Below, one piece after another: positions 9,990 to 19,036 of a stretch of DNA of 64,000 nt. Location of the stretch: assembly GCA_963732885.1 (NCBI GenBank), contig CAVTBI010000014.1, positions 130,558 through 194,557 on the forward strand, given 5' to 3'. The translations under genes and the position numbers were made by a program. The notes beneath the pieces are model-generated. The model saw only the letters and a program-made list of their open reading frames with translations. It did no database searches and had not been told where the DNA came from. Every line of letters begins with the position of its first letter. Position 1 is the first letter of the stretch. Source of the stretch: an uncultured Chitinophagaceae bacterium (GTDB taxonomy: Bacteria > Bacteroidota > Bacteroidia > Chitinophagales > Chitinophagaceae).

Positions 9990-10601
9990 TCAGGAAGAAA
10001 TACCTTTCATATATTCTGCAATTAATTTTTCATTGGTATCCTGGCTTTGTGAAAGCGAATTAATGATTTTAATCTTTTCACTTTCTGTTCGGTTTTGGCT
10101 TAATTTCTTCTTTGCCTGGAGTTCTGTAACCGTTATCTCAAAAGCTACAATTCCTTTGGCCATTCTTAATTTGTAATCTTCAGGAAATCCATTCCACTGC
10201 AGCCTGTAAGAAGGTTCATAGTTTTCGATAGTTCTTTCGAGTATCTCAATTGTCGTTTTATAATCGCTCGTTAATTCTACTTTTCCGTATGCGTGTATTG
10301 ATAGATAGTTCCAGGTCGGCACATTTAATTCTTCGTCGTAGTTTTTGGGTGATATGTAAGCATGAGGTTCACTGAAAATAACTAACACCGTTTGGTTCTC
10401 CACGTATTTCCAATGTTCATTCGCCTTTGCAAAGTGAGAAGCCAACACTATGTTCTCGTTTTTAAGTTCAACAATAAATGGAAGATGTGTTGCAACAGGA
10501 ATATTTTCTTTAGTTGATATAATTACCGCAAAACTAAAGCGCTGCATGAATTGCAGAATCTCATTGCGGCCGTTCATTGTATTTGCCGAAGGAATGTACA
10601 T
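9990..10601 (-). CDS. PaiB-like FMN-binding negative transcriptional regulator
   Basis: ATHLPF, SHFAKANEHW, HAYISPKNY and VPTWNY motifs. Confidence 0.9.
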   Translation of the reverse strand: MYIPSANTMNGRNEILQFMQRFSFAVIISTKENIPVATHLPFIVELKNENIVLASHFAKANEHWKYVENQTVLVIFSEPHAYISPKNYDEELNVPTWNYLSIHAYGKVELTSDYKTTIEILERTIENYEPSYRLQWNGFPEDYKLRMAKGIVAFEITVTELQAKKKLSQNRTESEKIKIINSLSQSQDTNEKLIAEYMKGISS

Positions 10602-10673
10602 TTTTTAAGTTTGCTAGCGGTTAGGCGTTTTTTTCTGTCGGTTGTTTAAATTCTTATTTTACTGTCTTGCTAC

Positions 10674-11153
10674 CTAATCTTTAGGTTCCCATAATTCAAT
10701 TTTGTTTCCTTCCATGTCAATGATGTGAATAAACTTTCCGTAATCATAAGTTTCCATTGTGTCAACAATTGTTACACCTTCTTTTTTTAGTTCTTCAACT
10801 AATGCTTCCAAATCAGCGACTCTGTAGTTAATCATAAAATCTTTTGTAGAAGGTTCAAAATATTTTGTCGTCTCGGCAAATGGGCTCCAGGTGGTAGAAC
10901 CTTTTTTAGTTGAGTCGGATTCTTCTCTCCATTCAAAAGTTGCCCCATACTCATTAGTATTTAAACCAAGATGAGTTTTATACCACTCTTTCATTTTTTT
11001 AGGGTCTTTGCATTTGAAAAAAATGCCCCCAATGCCTGTTACTTTTTTCATTGTTGCCTTGTTTTTAGTTTGATGAATTGTGATGGTTTTGAATGCGAAA
11101 CCTAATCCGAAAGTTGCCGCAAGTGCCAAAGTTATTAATATTGGCTTCTTCAT
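10674..11153 (-). CDS. VOC/glyoxalase family protein with N-terminal signal/TM segment
   Basis: KKVTGIGGIFFKCKDP ... YGKFIHIIDMEGNKIELWEP. Confidence 0.9.
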   Translation of the reverse strand: MKKPILITLALAATFGLGFAFKTITIHQTKNKATMKKVTGIGGIFFKCKDPKKMKEWYKTHLGLNTNEYGATFEWREESDSTKKGSTTWSPFAETTKYFEPSTKDFMINYRVADLEALVEELKKEGVTIVDTMETYDYGKFIHIIDMEGNKIELWEPKD

Positions 11154-11376
11154 TTTTGTCAAATTTGATGGGTAATAAATGTCGCCGTTTTTACGCTTGC
11201 CACTATTAGTACATATTTGGCAGGACTGAAAATAGAATTCCTTTCTGACCGAACCGTTGCCAAATTTATAATTAAAAGTTCATTGTTATTACGATTGCTT
11301 AAAAGATTTTCGTCAGATGAAACTATTATTGAAACATGCACCACTGCTGATTGTTAGCAGATTTTTTTCTGTCCAT

Positions 11377-11405
11377 AAAAAAACCGGTGCAAATCTTTAC
11401 ACCGG
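11377..11405 (-). terminator. Intrinsic terminator of mdh
   Basis: CCGGTG/CACCGG stem followed by a T7 tract on the minus strand. Confidence 0.7.
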
Positions 11406-11438
11406 CTTTACTTATAACTTATAACTTTCGACTCAACA

Positions 11439-12371
11439 CTACTTCAATCCTTCCAACGCCGCATTCATATTTCTAACAGCTTCAGCGCTCTTGTTGAATT
11501 TTGCCTGTTCTTCATCGTTAAGGTGGAAATCAATTATTTTTTCCCATCCATTTTTTCCTATTACTACCGGCACGCCGATACAAATATCTTTTTGTCCGTA
11601 TTCGCCGTCAAGCATTACGCAACATGGGATTAATTTCTTTTCATCGCGCACTATTGCTTCTACCAATGTAGCGCCTGCAGCGCCGGGAGCATACCATGCG
11701 CTGGTACCTAATAATTTGGTAAGTGTTGCACCTCCAACCATTGTGTCAGCAGCTACTTTATTTAAAGCCGCTTCATCCAAATAATTGGAAACCGGTGTTC
11801 CCTGGTACGTGGCTAATCTGGTAAGAGGGATCATGGTAGTGTCACCATGACCGCCAATCACTACTCCCTGTAAATCCTGTGAAGAAACATTCATCGCCTG
11901 CGACAAAAAATATTTAAACCTTGAACTATCCAATAATCCACCCATACCAATCACGCGGTTTTTAGGAAGCCCGGTTGATTTTAAAGTGAGGTAAGTCATG
12001 GTGTCCATCGGGTTGCTGATCACTACAATAATGGCATCGGGCGACTGGTCCAATATTTTTGAGGTAACATCTTTTACAATGCCAGCATTGATGCCGATGA
12101 GTTCTTCACGTGTCATTCCGGGTTTACGTGGAATGCCTGAAGTGATCACCACCACATTGCTTCCTTTGGTTTTAGAATAATCATTCGTGCTACCGATAAT
12201 TTTGGTATCGCTTCCCAGCATGGTGGCACTCTGCAAAAAATCCATCGCTTTTCCTTCGGTAATTCCTTCTTTAATGTCGAGCATTACCAGTTCTTCACAA
12301 AGTTCTTTGCGGGCAATGTTGTCGGCACAGGTAGCGCCAACTGCACCGGCGCCTACTACGGTTACTTTCAT
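11439..12371 (-). CDS. mdh: Malate dehydrogenase (LDH-like)
   Basis: GAGAVG Rossmann motif, PRKPGMTREEL, SNPMD, GGHGD. Confidence 0.93.
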   Translation of the reverse strand: MKVTVVGAGAVGATCADNIARKELCEELVMLDIKEGITEGKAMDFLQSATMLGSDTKIIGSTNDYSKTKGSNVVVITSGIPRKPGMTREELIGINAGIVKDVTSKILDQSPDAIIVVISNPMDTMTYLTLKSTGLPKNRVIGMGGLLDSSRFKYFLSQAMNVSSQDLQGVVIGGHGDTTMIPLTRLATYQGTPVSNYLDEAALNKVAADTMVGGATLTKLLGTSAWYAPGAAGATLVEAIVRDEKKLIPCCVMLDGEYGQKDICIGVPVVIGKNGWEKIIDFHLNDEEQAKFNKSAEAVRNMNAALEGLK

Positions 12372-12409
12372 TTTATTGTATATTTATTTTAAAAAATAGG
12401 GTTATGGGT

Positions 12410-12417
12410 CAAAGGTA
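12410..12417 (-). promoter_or_regulatory. -7 promoter box for mdh
   Basis: TACCTTTG on minus strand. Confidence 0.6.
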
Positions 12418-12448
12418 AATGAATTGTAGTATTGTTATGGTTGATTTT

Positions 12449-12592
12449 GGATTACGTTGATTTTTTTTGCCACAGATTACACGGATTTGCAAGATTTTTG
12501 CCACGCAGGCACAAAGTAAATGTTGAATTCAAAATGCAGAATGGAAAATGCAAAAAGCGCTAAATTTTAAAAGCGCAATTCGTGTAATTTGC
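12449..12592. repeat. Composite of short intergenic repeats (GCCACAGATTACACGGATTT type, AATnnnn heptamer array, inverted GCAAATTACACGAATT)
   Basis: Units at 12469-12488, 12500-12516, 12519-12553 and 12577-12592 (reverse). Confidence 0.65.
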
Positions 12593-12617
12593 TAAAATTG
12601 GTGAAATAAAAAATAAT

Positions 12618-13127
12618 CTACTGGTTCAGCGCTTTCGCCACATCATCCAGCTTGATTTCGCCACTGAAAGATTTTACATATTTCCCGTGTTTGTCATAAA
12701 CCACCATGTCGGGGTACATTTGAACGTGGTAGTAAGGAAGGAAAAAATCTTTTTTATCCCAGCCCATAGTTATTTGTGGGTACTCGGCGATTTTATAATT
12801 ATGATAAAAAGCAAGCATTTCAGAATAAGGAAGCCAGGTTACCATTAGTATCTGCACGTTTTTAAAATGATCCATGTACTTGGTAAGCTCCCTGGTTTCA
12901 TTCTGGCAATGGCCACATTCAGGGCTGAAGATCATCAACAGAGTGGGCTTTTTATTTTTAAGGTCTTCATTGGTGAAGGCAGTACTGTCGGGCGCTGTAT
13001 AAATAATGAAGCCGGGGAAAGTGGGATCTTTAATATAATCAGGCGTATTGCCGGTTTCGGCATTTACCTGCGAAAACCCGGAATAAGAAATAAAGAGGCA
13101 CGAAAGAATAAATAAAATTTTTTTCAT
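12618..13127 (-). CDS. Exported thioredoxin-fold (TlpA/redoxin-like) protein, paralog 1
   Basis: Signal peptide MKKILFILSCLF...; FSPECGHCQ CxxC motif. Confidence 0.85.
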   Translation of the reverse strand: MKKILFILSCLFISYSGFSQVNAETGNTPDYIKDPTFPGFIIYTAPDSTAFTNEDLKNKKPTLLMIFSPECGHCQNETRELTKYMDHFKNVQILMVTWLPYSEMLAFYHNYKIAEYPQITMGWDKKDFFLPYYHVQMYPDMVVYDKHGKYVKSFSGEIKLDDVAKALNQ

Positions 13128-13299
13128 CTGAGAATGTTTATTTTTTTTTGGGCAGATGGAGTTCCATGATGGCATTTTGTTTTTCAATACTAATTGCACG
13201 CCATCATGTTCGGTTCATCAGTAATTAATAATTTTTTTTATAAAACTAATGAAAAACAATAAAAATGAAAATGTATTGTTTTTTTTAAGAAGAAATTAG

Positions 13300-13355
13300 C
13301 AGAAACAAACCTGCCTACCGGCCAGGCAGGCTTTTAATAAGGATTTTTATTTTGA
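13300..13355 (+). repeat. 36-bp motif interrupted by palindromic REP-like unit CCTGCCTACCGGCCAGGCAGG (13310-13330)
   Basis: Removing 13310-13330 leaves CAGAAACAAACTTTTAATAAGGATTTTTATTTTGA. Confidence 0.8.
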
Positions 13356-13397
13356 TAAGAAAAAGAAAATTCTTGCGAAGTTTTCTATCAAAATATT

Positions 13398-13901
13398 TTA
13401 CAACTGAGCTAATATCGTTTCAGGTTTTACATCTCCTTCAAACGATTTTTTGAAATGCCCTTTTTCGTCGTATATAAATATAGAAGGAAGGTTCCTTACC
13501 CTGAAGTAAACGGGAAAGAAAAATTTAGTGTCCCTACCCATCGTGATTTGCGGGTAACTGGCGATGTGGTAAACTCTATAAAAAGCCATCATTTCATCAT
13601 AAGGCAAATAAGTGATCATCACAAATTGTGTGTTTTTAAATTGCTTTATATTTTGGGTTAGCATTTTAGCTTCATTCTGGCAGTGGCTGCAATCAGGGCT
13701 AAAAACCATAAATATGGTATTCTTCTTTTTTTCCAGGTTATCCCTAGTAAATGCAGTACTGTCGGGCGCTGTATAAATCGTAAAGTAGGGTATAGTAGGG
13801 TAGCGAAGGTAGGCGGGCATTTCAGCTTTAGCTGAATCAGTTTGACAAAAAGCAGAGCCGGAAATAAAAATTCCCGCAAAGAAAATGAATAAATTTTTCA
13901 C
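13398..13901 (-). CDS. Exported thioredoxin-fold protein, paralog 2 (probable GTG start 13901; ORF open to 14015)
   Basis: FSPDCSHCQ CxxC motif; roughly half of residues identical to paralog 1 by eye. Confidence 0.85.
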   Translation of the reverse strand: MKNLFIFFAGIFISGSAFCQTDSAKAEMPAYLRYPTIPYFTIYTAPDSTAFTRDNLEKKKNTIFMVFSPDCSHCQNEAKMLTQNIKQFKNTQFVMITYLPYDEMMAFYRVYHIASYPQITMGRDTKFFFPVYFRVRNLPSIFIYDEKGHFKKSFEGDVKPETILAQL

Positions 13902-14053
13902 GTGTAAATTTTTAATAAAGCTATGTAAAAGTTTGAATTGAAGATGGTTCATTAAAGAGTTTAGCAGTTGTTTAAGAATTGAAATGTTTTGAGGTTGCAA
14001 CTTTAATCGTTCCATTTCTTTCTACTTTCACTCAAACAATAAAACAAATCTTT

Positions 14054-14061
14054 TACCTTTG
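14054..14061 (+). promoter_or_regulatory. -7 promoter box for efp-accB
   Basis: TACCTTTG 20 nt before the efp ATG. Confidence 0.65.
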
Positions 14062-14081
14062 CAGCCTCAAAATTTTTTTTT

Positions 14082-14648
14082 ATGGCATCTACTTCAGATA
14101 TAAGAACAGGATTAATTTTAAAGATAGACGGCAGCCTTTATACCGTTATCGAATTTGGGCAAAATAAAACCGCGCGGGCGGCTGCCAAAGTTTGGGCAAA
14201 ATTAAAAGGCGTTGATAACGGGCGCACGATAGAACAAACATGGAACAGTGGTGAAACCGTGCATCCTGTAAGGGTTGAAAAAAGGCCTTATCAATATTTG
14301 TTTAAAGATGATACAGGCTACACTTTTATGAACACAGAAAATTATGAGCAAATAGTTGTAGCGCCTGAAATGGTAGATGCACCTCAGTTTTTAAAAGATG
14401 GGCAGGAAGTTTCCGTTTTGATCAATACGGAGACTGATTTGCCAATGGGTGTTGAACTTCCCGATAAAATTGTTTTGCTGGTAACTTACAGCGAGCCGGG
14501 CATGAAAGGCGATACTGCTACAAAAACCCTGAAACCAGCTACAGTAGAAACAGGTGCAACAGTAAATGTCCCTTTATTTGTAAATGAGGGCGAATTAATA
14601 AAAGTAAATACAAAAACAGGCGAGTATGTAGAAAGAGTAAAAGAATAA
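14082..14648 (+). CDS. efp: Elongation factor P
   Basis: PGMKGDTA and VPLFVNEGELIKVNT motifs; 188 aa. Confidence 0.95.
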   Translation: MASTSDIRTGLILKIDGSLYTVIEFGQNKTARAAAKVWAKLKGVDNGRTIEQTWNSGETVHPVRVEKRPYQYLFKDDTGYTFMNTENYEQIVVAPEMVDAPQFLKDGQEVSVLINTETDLPMGVELPDKIVLLVTYSEPGMKGDTATKTLKPATVETGATVNVPLFVNEGELIKVNTKTGEYVERVKE

Positions 14649-14752
14649 TACCAACTATGTTGGTGATTTATTATTTACATTTATCTATCTAATTTTCAAT
14701 TAATAAAGTAACTTAGCCACAAGTTTCCCATAACCTAAATATATTTTCCAAT

Positions 14753-15223
14753 ATGGACATTAAACAAATTCATGAATTGGTAAAGCTTGTTAATAAAAGC
14801 AATATTGGTGAATTGATGATCGAAAAAGAAGGGTTTAAAATTACCATTAAACAGAAAAAAGAACCTGCCCAGCTTTACAGCCAGCCAGTAATTCAGCAAG
14901 TGCCGCCAATACAGCAAGCTGTTGCTCCCGCTGTTGCAAAAGCCACCGAAAAAAAGGCGGAAGAGCCATCAAAACAAGAAAATCTTTTAACTATTAAAAG
15001 CCCTATGATAGGGACTTTTTATCGTCAGGCAGGGCCCGACAAACCGCTTTTTGTAAGTGTGGGTGATGAAGTGGAAGTAGGCCAGGTGGTTTGCATTATA
15101 GAAGCGATGAAACTTTTTAATGAAATTGAAAGTGAAGTTGCGGGTAAAATTGTAAAGGTGCTTGTTGAAGATGCTTCTCCTGTAGAATTTGACCAGCCGT
15201 TATTTTTGGTGGAACCGGTTTAA
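14753..15223 (+). CDS. accB: Acetyl-CoA carboxylase biotin carboxyl carrier protein
   Basis: KSPMIGTFYR and biotinylation motif EAMKLFNEI. Confidence 0.96.
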   Translation: MDIKQIHELVKLVNKSNIGELMIEKEGFKITIKQKKEPAQLYSQPVIQQVPPIQQAVAPAVAKATEKKAEEPSKQENLLTIKSPMIGTFYRQAGPDKPLFVSVGDEVEVGQVVCIIEAMKLFNEIESEVAGKIVKVLVEDASPVEFDQPLFLVEPV

Positions 15224-15231
15224 TTACAAAT

Positions 15232-15264
15232 GTGAAAATTTGAAAATAATTTTAATTTGAAAAT
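15232..15264 (+). repeat. TTGAAAAT octamer array, left flank of four-helix-bundle gene
   Basis: GTGAAAAT TTGAAAAT (9 nt) TTGAAAAT. Confidence 0.7.
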
Positions 15265-15310
15265 GGCTTGCATTTCATTTAACTCGTAATTCATTAAAAT
15301 TATTTTGCTA

Positions 15311-15694
15311 ATGAAAAAAGAATTATTTGATAAGAATCCAATTTTAAAATTATCGTTCGACTTTTCACTATTGATAATGAATTATTGTGAAAAATTGGAT
15401 CAGGAAAAAAAGTATGTAATTTCAAGACAACTACTTAGACCGGGCACTTCAATTGGTGCAAATGCAATGGAAGCACAAAACGCCGAGAGTAAAGCGGATT
15501 TTATACACAAAATGAAAATTGCAGCGAAAGAAGGCGAAGAATCTCAATATTGGCTTTGGCTCTGTGAATATGCAACATCATATCCCGATTGTTCTGCTTT
15601 ATTAAAAAAGCTTGATGAAATAAATAAAGTTTTGGGTAAAATATTATCAACGTCAAAGAATAATTCTTCATTGAGTTATTATAAAGCAATCTGA
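15311..15694 (+). CDS. Four helix bundle protein (23S rRNA-IVP / TIGR02436-like)
   Basis: QLLRPGTSIGANAMEAQNAESKADFIHKMKIAAKEGEESQYWL is the family signature. Confidence 0.9.
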   Translation: MKKELFDKNPILKLSFDFSLLIMNYCEKLDQEKKYVISRQLLRPGTSIGANAMEAQNAESKADFIHKMKIAAKEGEESQYWLWLCEYATSYPDCSALLKKLDEINKVLGKILSTSKNNSSLSYYKAI

Positions 15695-15716
15695 TTTTAA
15701 TTTATAATGAAATTTC

Positions 15717-15748
15717 ATTTTCAAATTTTCAAATTTCAAAATTTTCAA
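15717..15748 (+). repeat. ATTTTCAA octamer array x4, right flank (reverse complement of the left unit)
   Basis: ATTTTCAA ATTTTCAA ATTTCAAA ATTTTCAA. Confidence 0.8.
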
Positions 15749-15758
15749 ATTAAATACT

Positions 15759-17096
15759 TTGTTTAAAAAAATACTTATTGCAAACAGGGGAGAGATTGCC
15801 CTTCGGATTATCAGAACGTGTAAAGAAATGGGCATCAAAACGGTAGCGGTTTATTCTACTGCTGATAAAGACAGCCTTCACGTAAAATTTGCGGATGAAG
15901 CAGTTTGTATCGGGAAACCGGCAAGTGCCGACAGTTATTTGAATATTCCGCACATTATGGCGGCAGTGGAAATTACCAATGCCGACGCAATACATCCGGG
16001 TTACGGTTTTCTGGCCGAAAATGCAAAATTCGCTCAGATATGTTTTGACCATGACATTAAATTTATTGGGCCTACTCCGGCAATGATTAATTCAATGGGT
16101 GATAAAATAACGGCAAAAGAAACCATGATTGTGGCCGGTGTCCCTGTTGTACCGGGCGTTGAAGGATTATTAACCGACGTAAACCATGCAAAAAGGTCTG
16201 CTGCCGAAGTGGGTTACCCTGTAATTCTAAAGGCAACTGCCGGTGGAGGGGGAAAAGGAATGCGAGTAGTTTGGGAAGAAAAGGAAATAGAAAAAGCTTT
16301 TGAAACTGCGAAGGTGGAAGCGGCAGCGTCTTTTAAAAATGACGGCATCTACATGGAAAAATTTGTAGAAGAGCCGCGCCATATTGAAATACAAATTGCC
16401 GGCGACCAATATGGAAATGTTTGCCATTTAAGTGAGCGTGATTGTTCTATACAGCGCCGCCATCAAAAACTGGTTGAAGAATCACCATCGCCATTTATGA
16501 CGCCGGAATTAAGAGAGCGAATGGGCGATGCGGCTATAAAGGCTGCATCAGCTATTAATTATGAAAGCGTGGGCACAGTTGAATTCCTGGTAGATAAGAA
16601 CCGTAATTTTTATTTCATGGAAATGAACACGCGTATCCAGGTAGAGCATTGTGTTACAGAAGAAGTAATTAATTATGATTTAATAAAAGAACAAATAAAA
16701 ATTGCCGCCGGAGAAAAAATATCCGGAAGAAATTATTACCCTGAAATGCACGCGATCGAGTGCAGAATCAATGCTGAAGATCCTTATAATGATTTTCGTC
16801 CTTCTCCGGGAAGAATTACGGCTCTTAATCAGCCAGGCGGCCATGGCGTCCGGGTTGACAGCCATTGCTATTCGGGTTATGTGATTCCTCCTTATTACGA
16901 TAGTATGATTGGTAAATTAATTACCATGGCTCAAACCCGCGATGAAGCAATAGATACGATGTACAGGGCTTTGAGCGAATATGTGATAGAAGGAATTAAA
17001 ACCACGATTCCTTTTCATCTTCAACTGATGCAAAATGAAGATTTCAGGAAAGGGAATTTTACTACCAAGTTTTTGGAAGGGTTTAAAATGAAATAA
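15759..17096 (+). CDS. accC: Acetyl-CoA carboxylase biotin carboxylase subunit (TTG start)
   Basis: [50 protein letters not shown]. Confidence 0.97.
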   Translation: MFKKILIANRGEIALRIIRTCKEMGIKTVAVYSTADKDSLHVKFADEAVCIGKPASADSYLNIPHIMAAVEITNADAIHPGYGFLAENAKFAQICFDHDIKFIGPTPAMINSMGDKITAKETMIVAGVPVVPGVEGLLTDVNHAKRSAAEVGYPVILKATAGGGGKGMRVVWEEKEIEKAFETAKVEAAASFKNDGIYMEKFVEEPRHIEIQIAGDQYGNVCHLSERDCSIQRRHQKLVEESPSPFMTPELRERMGDAAIKAASAINYESVGTVEFLVDKNRNFYFMEMNTRIQVEHCVTEEVINYDLIKEQIKIAAGEKISGRNYYPEMHAIECRINAEDPYNDFRPSPGRITALNQPGGHGVRVDSHCYSGYVIPPYYDSMIGKLITMAQTRDEAIDTMYRALSEYVIEGIKTTIPFHLQLMQNEDFRKGNFTTKFLEGFKMK

Positions 17097-17110
17097 CCAA
17101 TTATTGAATT

Positions 17111-17146
17111 TCAAAACAGGAATGCAACTTATTTGTTTCTTTACTG
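17111..17146 (-). repeat. Copy of 36-bp motif
   Basis: CAGTAAAGAAACAAATAAGTTGCATTCCTGTTTTGA on minus strand. Confidence 0.7.
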
Positions 17147-17182
17147 GATTTGAACAACTGATTTTATCAAAAAAAAGAAGAA

Positions 17183-17584
17183 ATGAACACCAGGCTGATT
17201 ATGACGATAAGTGCATTATTCCTTGGTGTAATTGGAATTTGCCTTACTTTCCTTCCAAATGAAATATCTGTTTACATCGGTATAAGTTCAGCAGAATCAT
17301 TTAAATTGGTGCTCCAAATTCTGGGCTCTTTATTTTTCGGATTTGCCATGTTGAACTGGATGATAAAAGAGGGCATTATCGGTGGAATTTATAACCGTCC
17401 GTCCGTAATAGCTAATTTTACTCATTTTTTTATTGGTGCCCTTGCTTTGATTAAAGGAGTTTTTGCTTATAATGGCCTGCCCTATATTTTTTGGATACTA
17501 ACAGTTGCGTATATGGTTTTTGCATTACTTTTTGGATTAATTCTTTTTCGAAATCCTGCAAGTGAAAAGAAGCCAACCATATAA
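17183..17584 (+). CDS. Hypothetical membrane protein (about 4 TM)
   Basis: Four hydrophobic segments; GGIYNRP..ANF.HF motif. Confidence 0.75.
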   Translation: MNTRLIMTISALFLGVIGICLTFLPNEISVYIGISSAESFKLVLQILGSLFFGFAMLNWMIKEGIIGGIYNRPSVIANFTHFFIGALALIKGVFAYNGLPYIFWILTVAYMVFALLFGLILFRNPASEKKPTI

Positions 17585-17622
17585 TAACATCATAATCCCT
17601 CTTATACAGTATAATAATATAT

Positions 17623-19036
17623 TCACTTCATTTCTGCTTCAATTTCTGTCAGGTTAATTTTTATTTCGCTGTTAGAAAATTCCGGTTGTTGTTCCAATCT
17701 TTTTTTATCATTAAAACCTAATGATATTGATTTTTGCAGATCGGCTATGGCTTTTGCAGCATCTTTATTTCTTGCATTAAGAATGGCTGAAAAATACCAC
17801 GCTTCACTGTTGGCCGGATCCACTTTTTTATACAAGGACACAAAATATTCCGCTTCCTGGTTTTGATTTTGATTGATTAGTTGATTGCTGAAAGAATAAA
17901 AAGCCAAAGAAAGGTAAGCGTCCAAACGCTGGTACATGGCGCCTTCCGGCGCCTTCGCTTTGGCTTTCGATTGTACATCTGCTATCGTTTGATCCCAATA
18001 TTTTTCATCTTCATCTTGAAAGTGTTGTTGATATACCGCTTTGATATTTTCTTCTTTCTGCAAAATGTTCTGCCGCTCCCGCGCTTGTTTTTGATAAGTA
18101 GTGGTTTGAAGAATTGAATCTTCTTTTTTGTGAAACCATACTGATTCACCTGTTACGCCATCAAGCATGCTGGTAACTAGATGGCAGGTTTGCGCGGCTT
18201 TTAAAAAATCATTTTCTTTCACGTCATTTTCAATTTCTTTTTGATTGTTTTGAATAAACAGTTTGATAAATGGTATGTCCTGTGGAATTAAATTTTTTCG
18301 CATCGCATCGAATTGTAATCCGTCAAAAGCAATGTTCATCGTGCTTTCAGGCGCCCATTCATGAATGCCTTTAAAAAAAATGATCCGGTGGCGCGTTAAT
18401 GTTTTATCAAGGATTTTATCAATAGAAACCAGGTCCGTCATGTTCATATCTCCGTTACCTGTGATAGCCGTAAAACTAAAATTAAGGTTTCCTGCTGTCG
18501 TGATATCTTCTAACCCTGCGCCATTGGCAATCACACCGGTAATACCATCATGGTGCAAGGCGATAAAAGTGGCTACTTTTGCCCCGCCTGAAAAACCACA
18601 GGTGTATATCCTGTCAGGGTTTACCGCAATCCGCTTTTGCACATCGTCATTTAATATATTCCAGATGTTTTCCGCATCATTCCAGTCATTACCGTTTTTT
18701 GAATTGTTGCTTCCTGCCAGGATAAAATGAAAACTATCTGCAAGCTCTTTGTATTTTTTTACAGGAAGTAAACCGTCGCCGTGAGGGTCAAAAAAATAAA
18801 CGATAGGCAAAGGCTTGTTGCTGCTATCTTCAGGAATATATAGCGCATAGGATTTTGTGGGATCAGATTGGCAAATTACCGGATTGATGATTTTTCCTCT
18901 TTGCAAATTAATCTTTGGGGCTTTTGCAATCAGCGAAGAATCAATATTGGCATTATTACTCATTCCGGAATGACCGCCACAGGCAATTGTATAAACAGAA
19001 AGGAGTAATAAAATGGGGAAATAGAGCAACTTTCAT
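17623..19036 (-). CDS. Lipoprotein with alpha/beta-hydrolase (esterase-like) domain and C-terminal TPR; true ATG probably 19036, with a 1-base frameshift
   Basis: Lipobox-like YTIAC; nucleophile elbow GFSGG; HEWAP; TPR-like EAWYFSAILNA...AIADLQKSISLGF. Confidence 0.7.

Noticed and set aside
10629-10664. CAGTAAAATAAGAATT (minus) as another 36-bp motif copy; likewise 38864, 14591, 25707 and 30845
   Set aside because: Only the left 7 nt match; the right arm is missing.
13902-14015. N-terminal extension of thioredoxin paralog 2 to ATG 14015
   Set aside because: A signal peptide begins at GTG 13901, and a promoter-like TAAAGTTG lies inside the extension.
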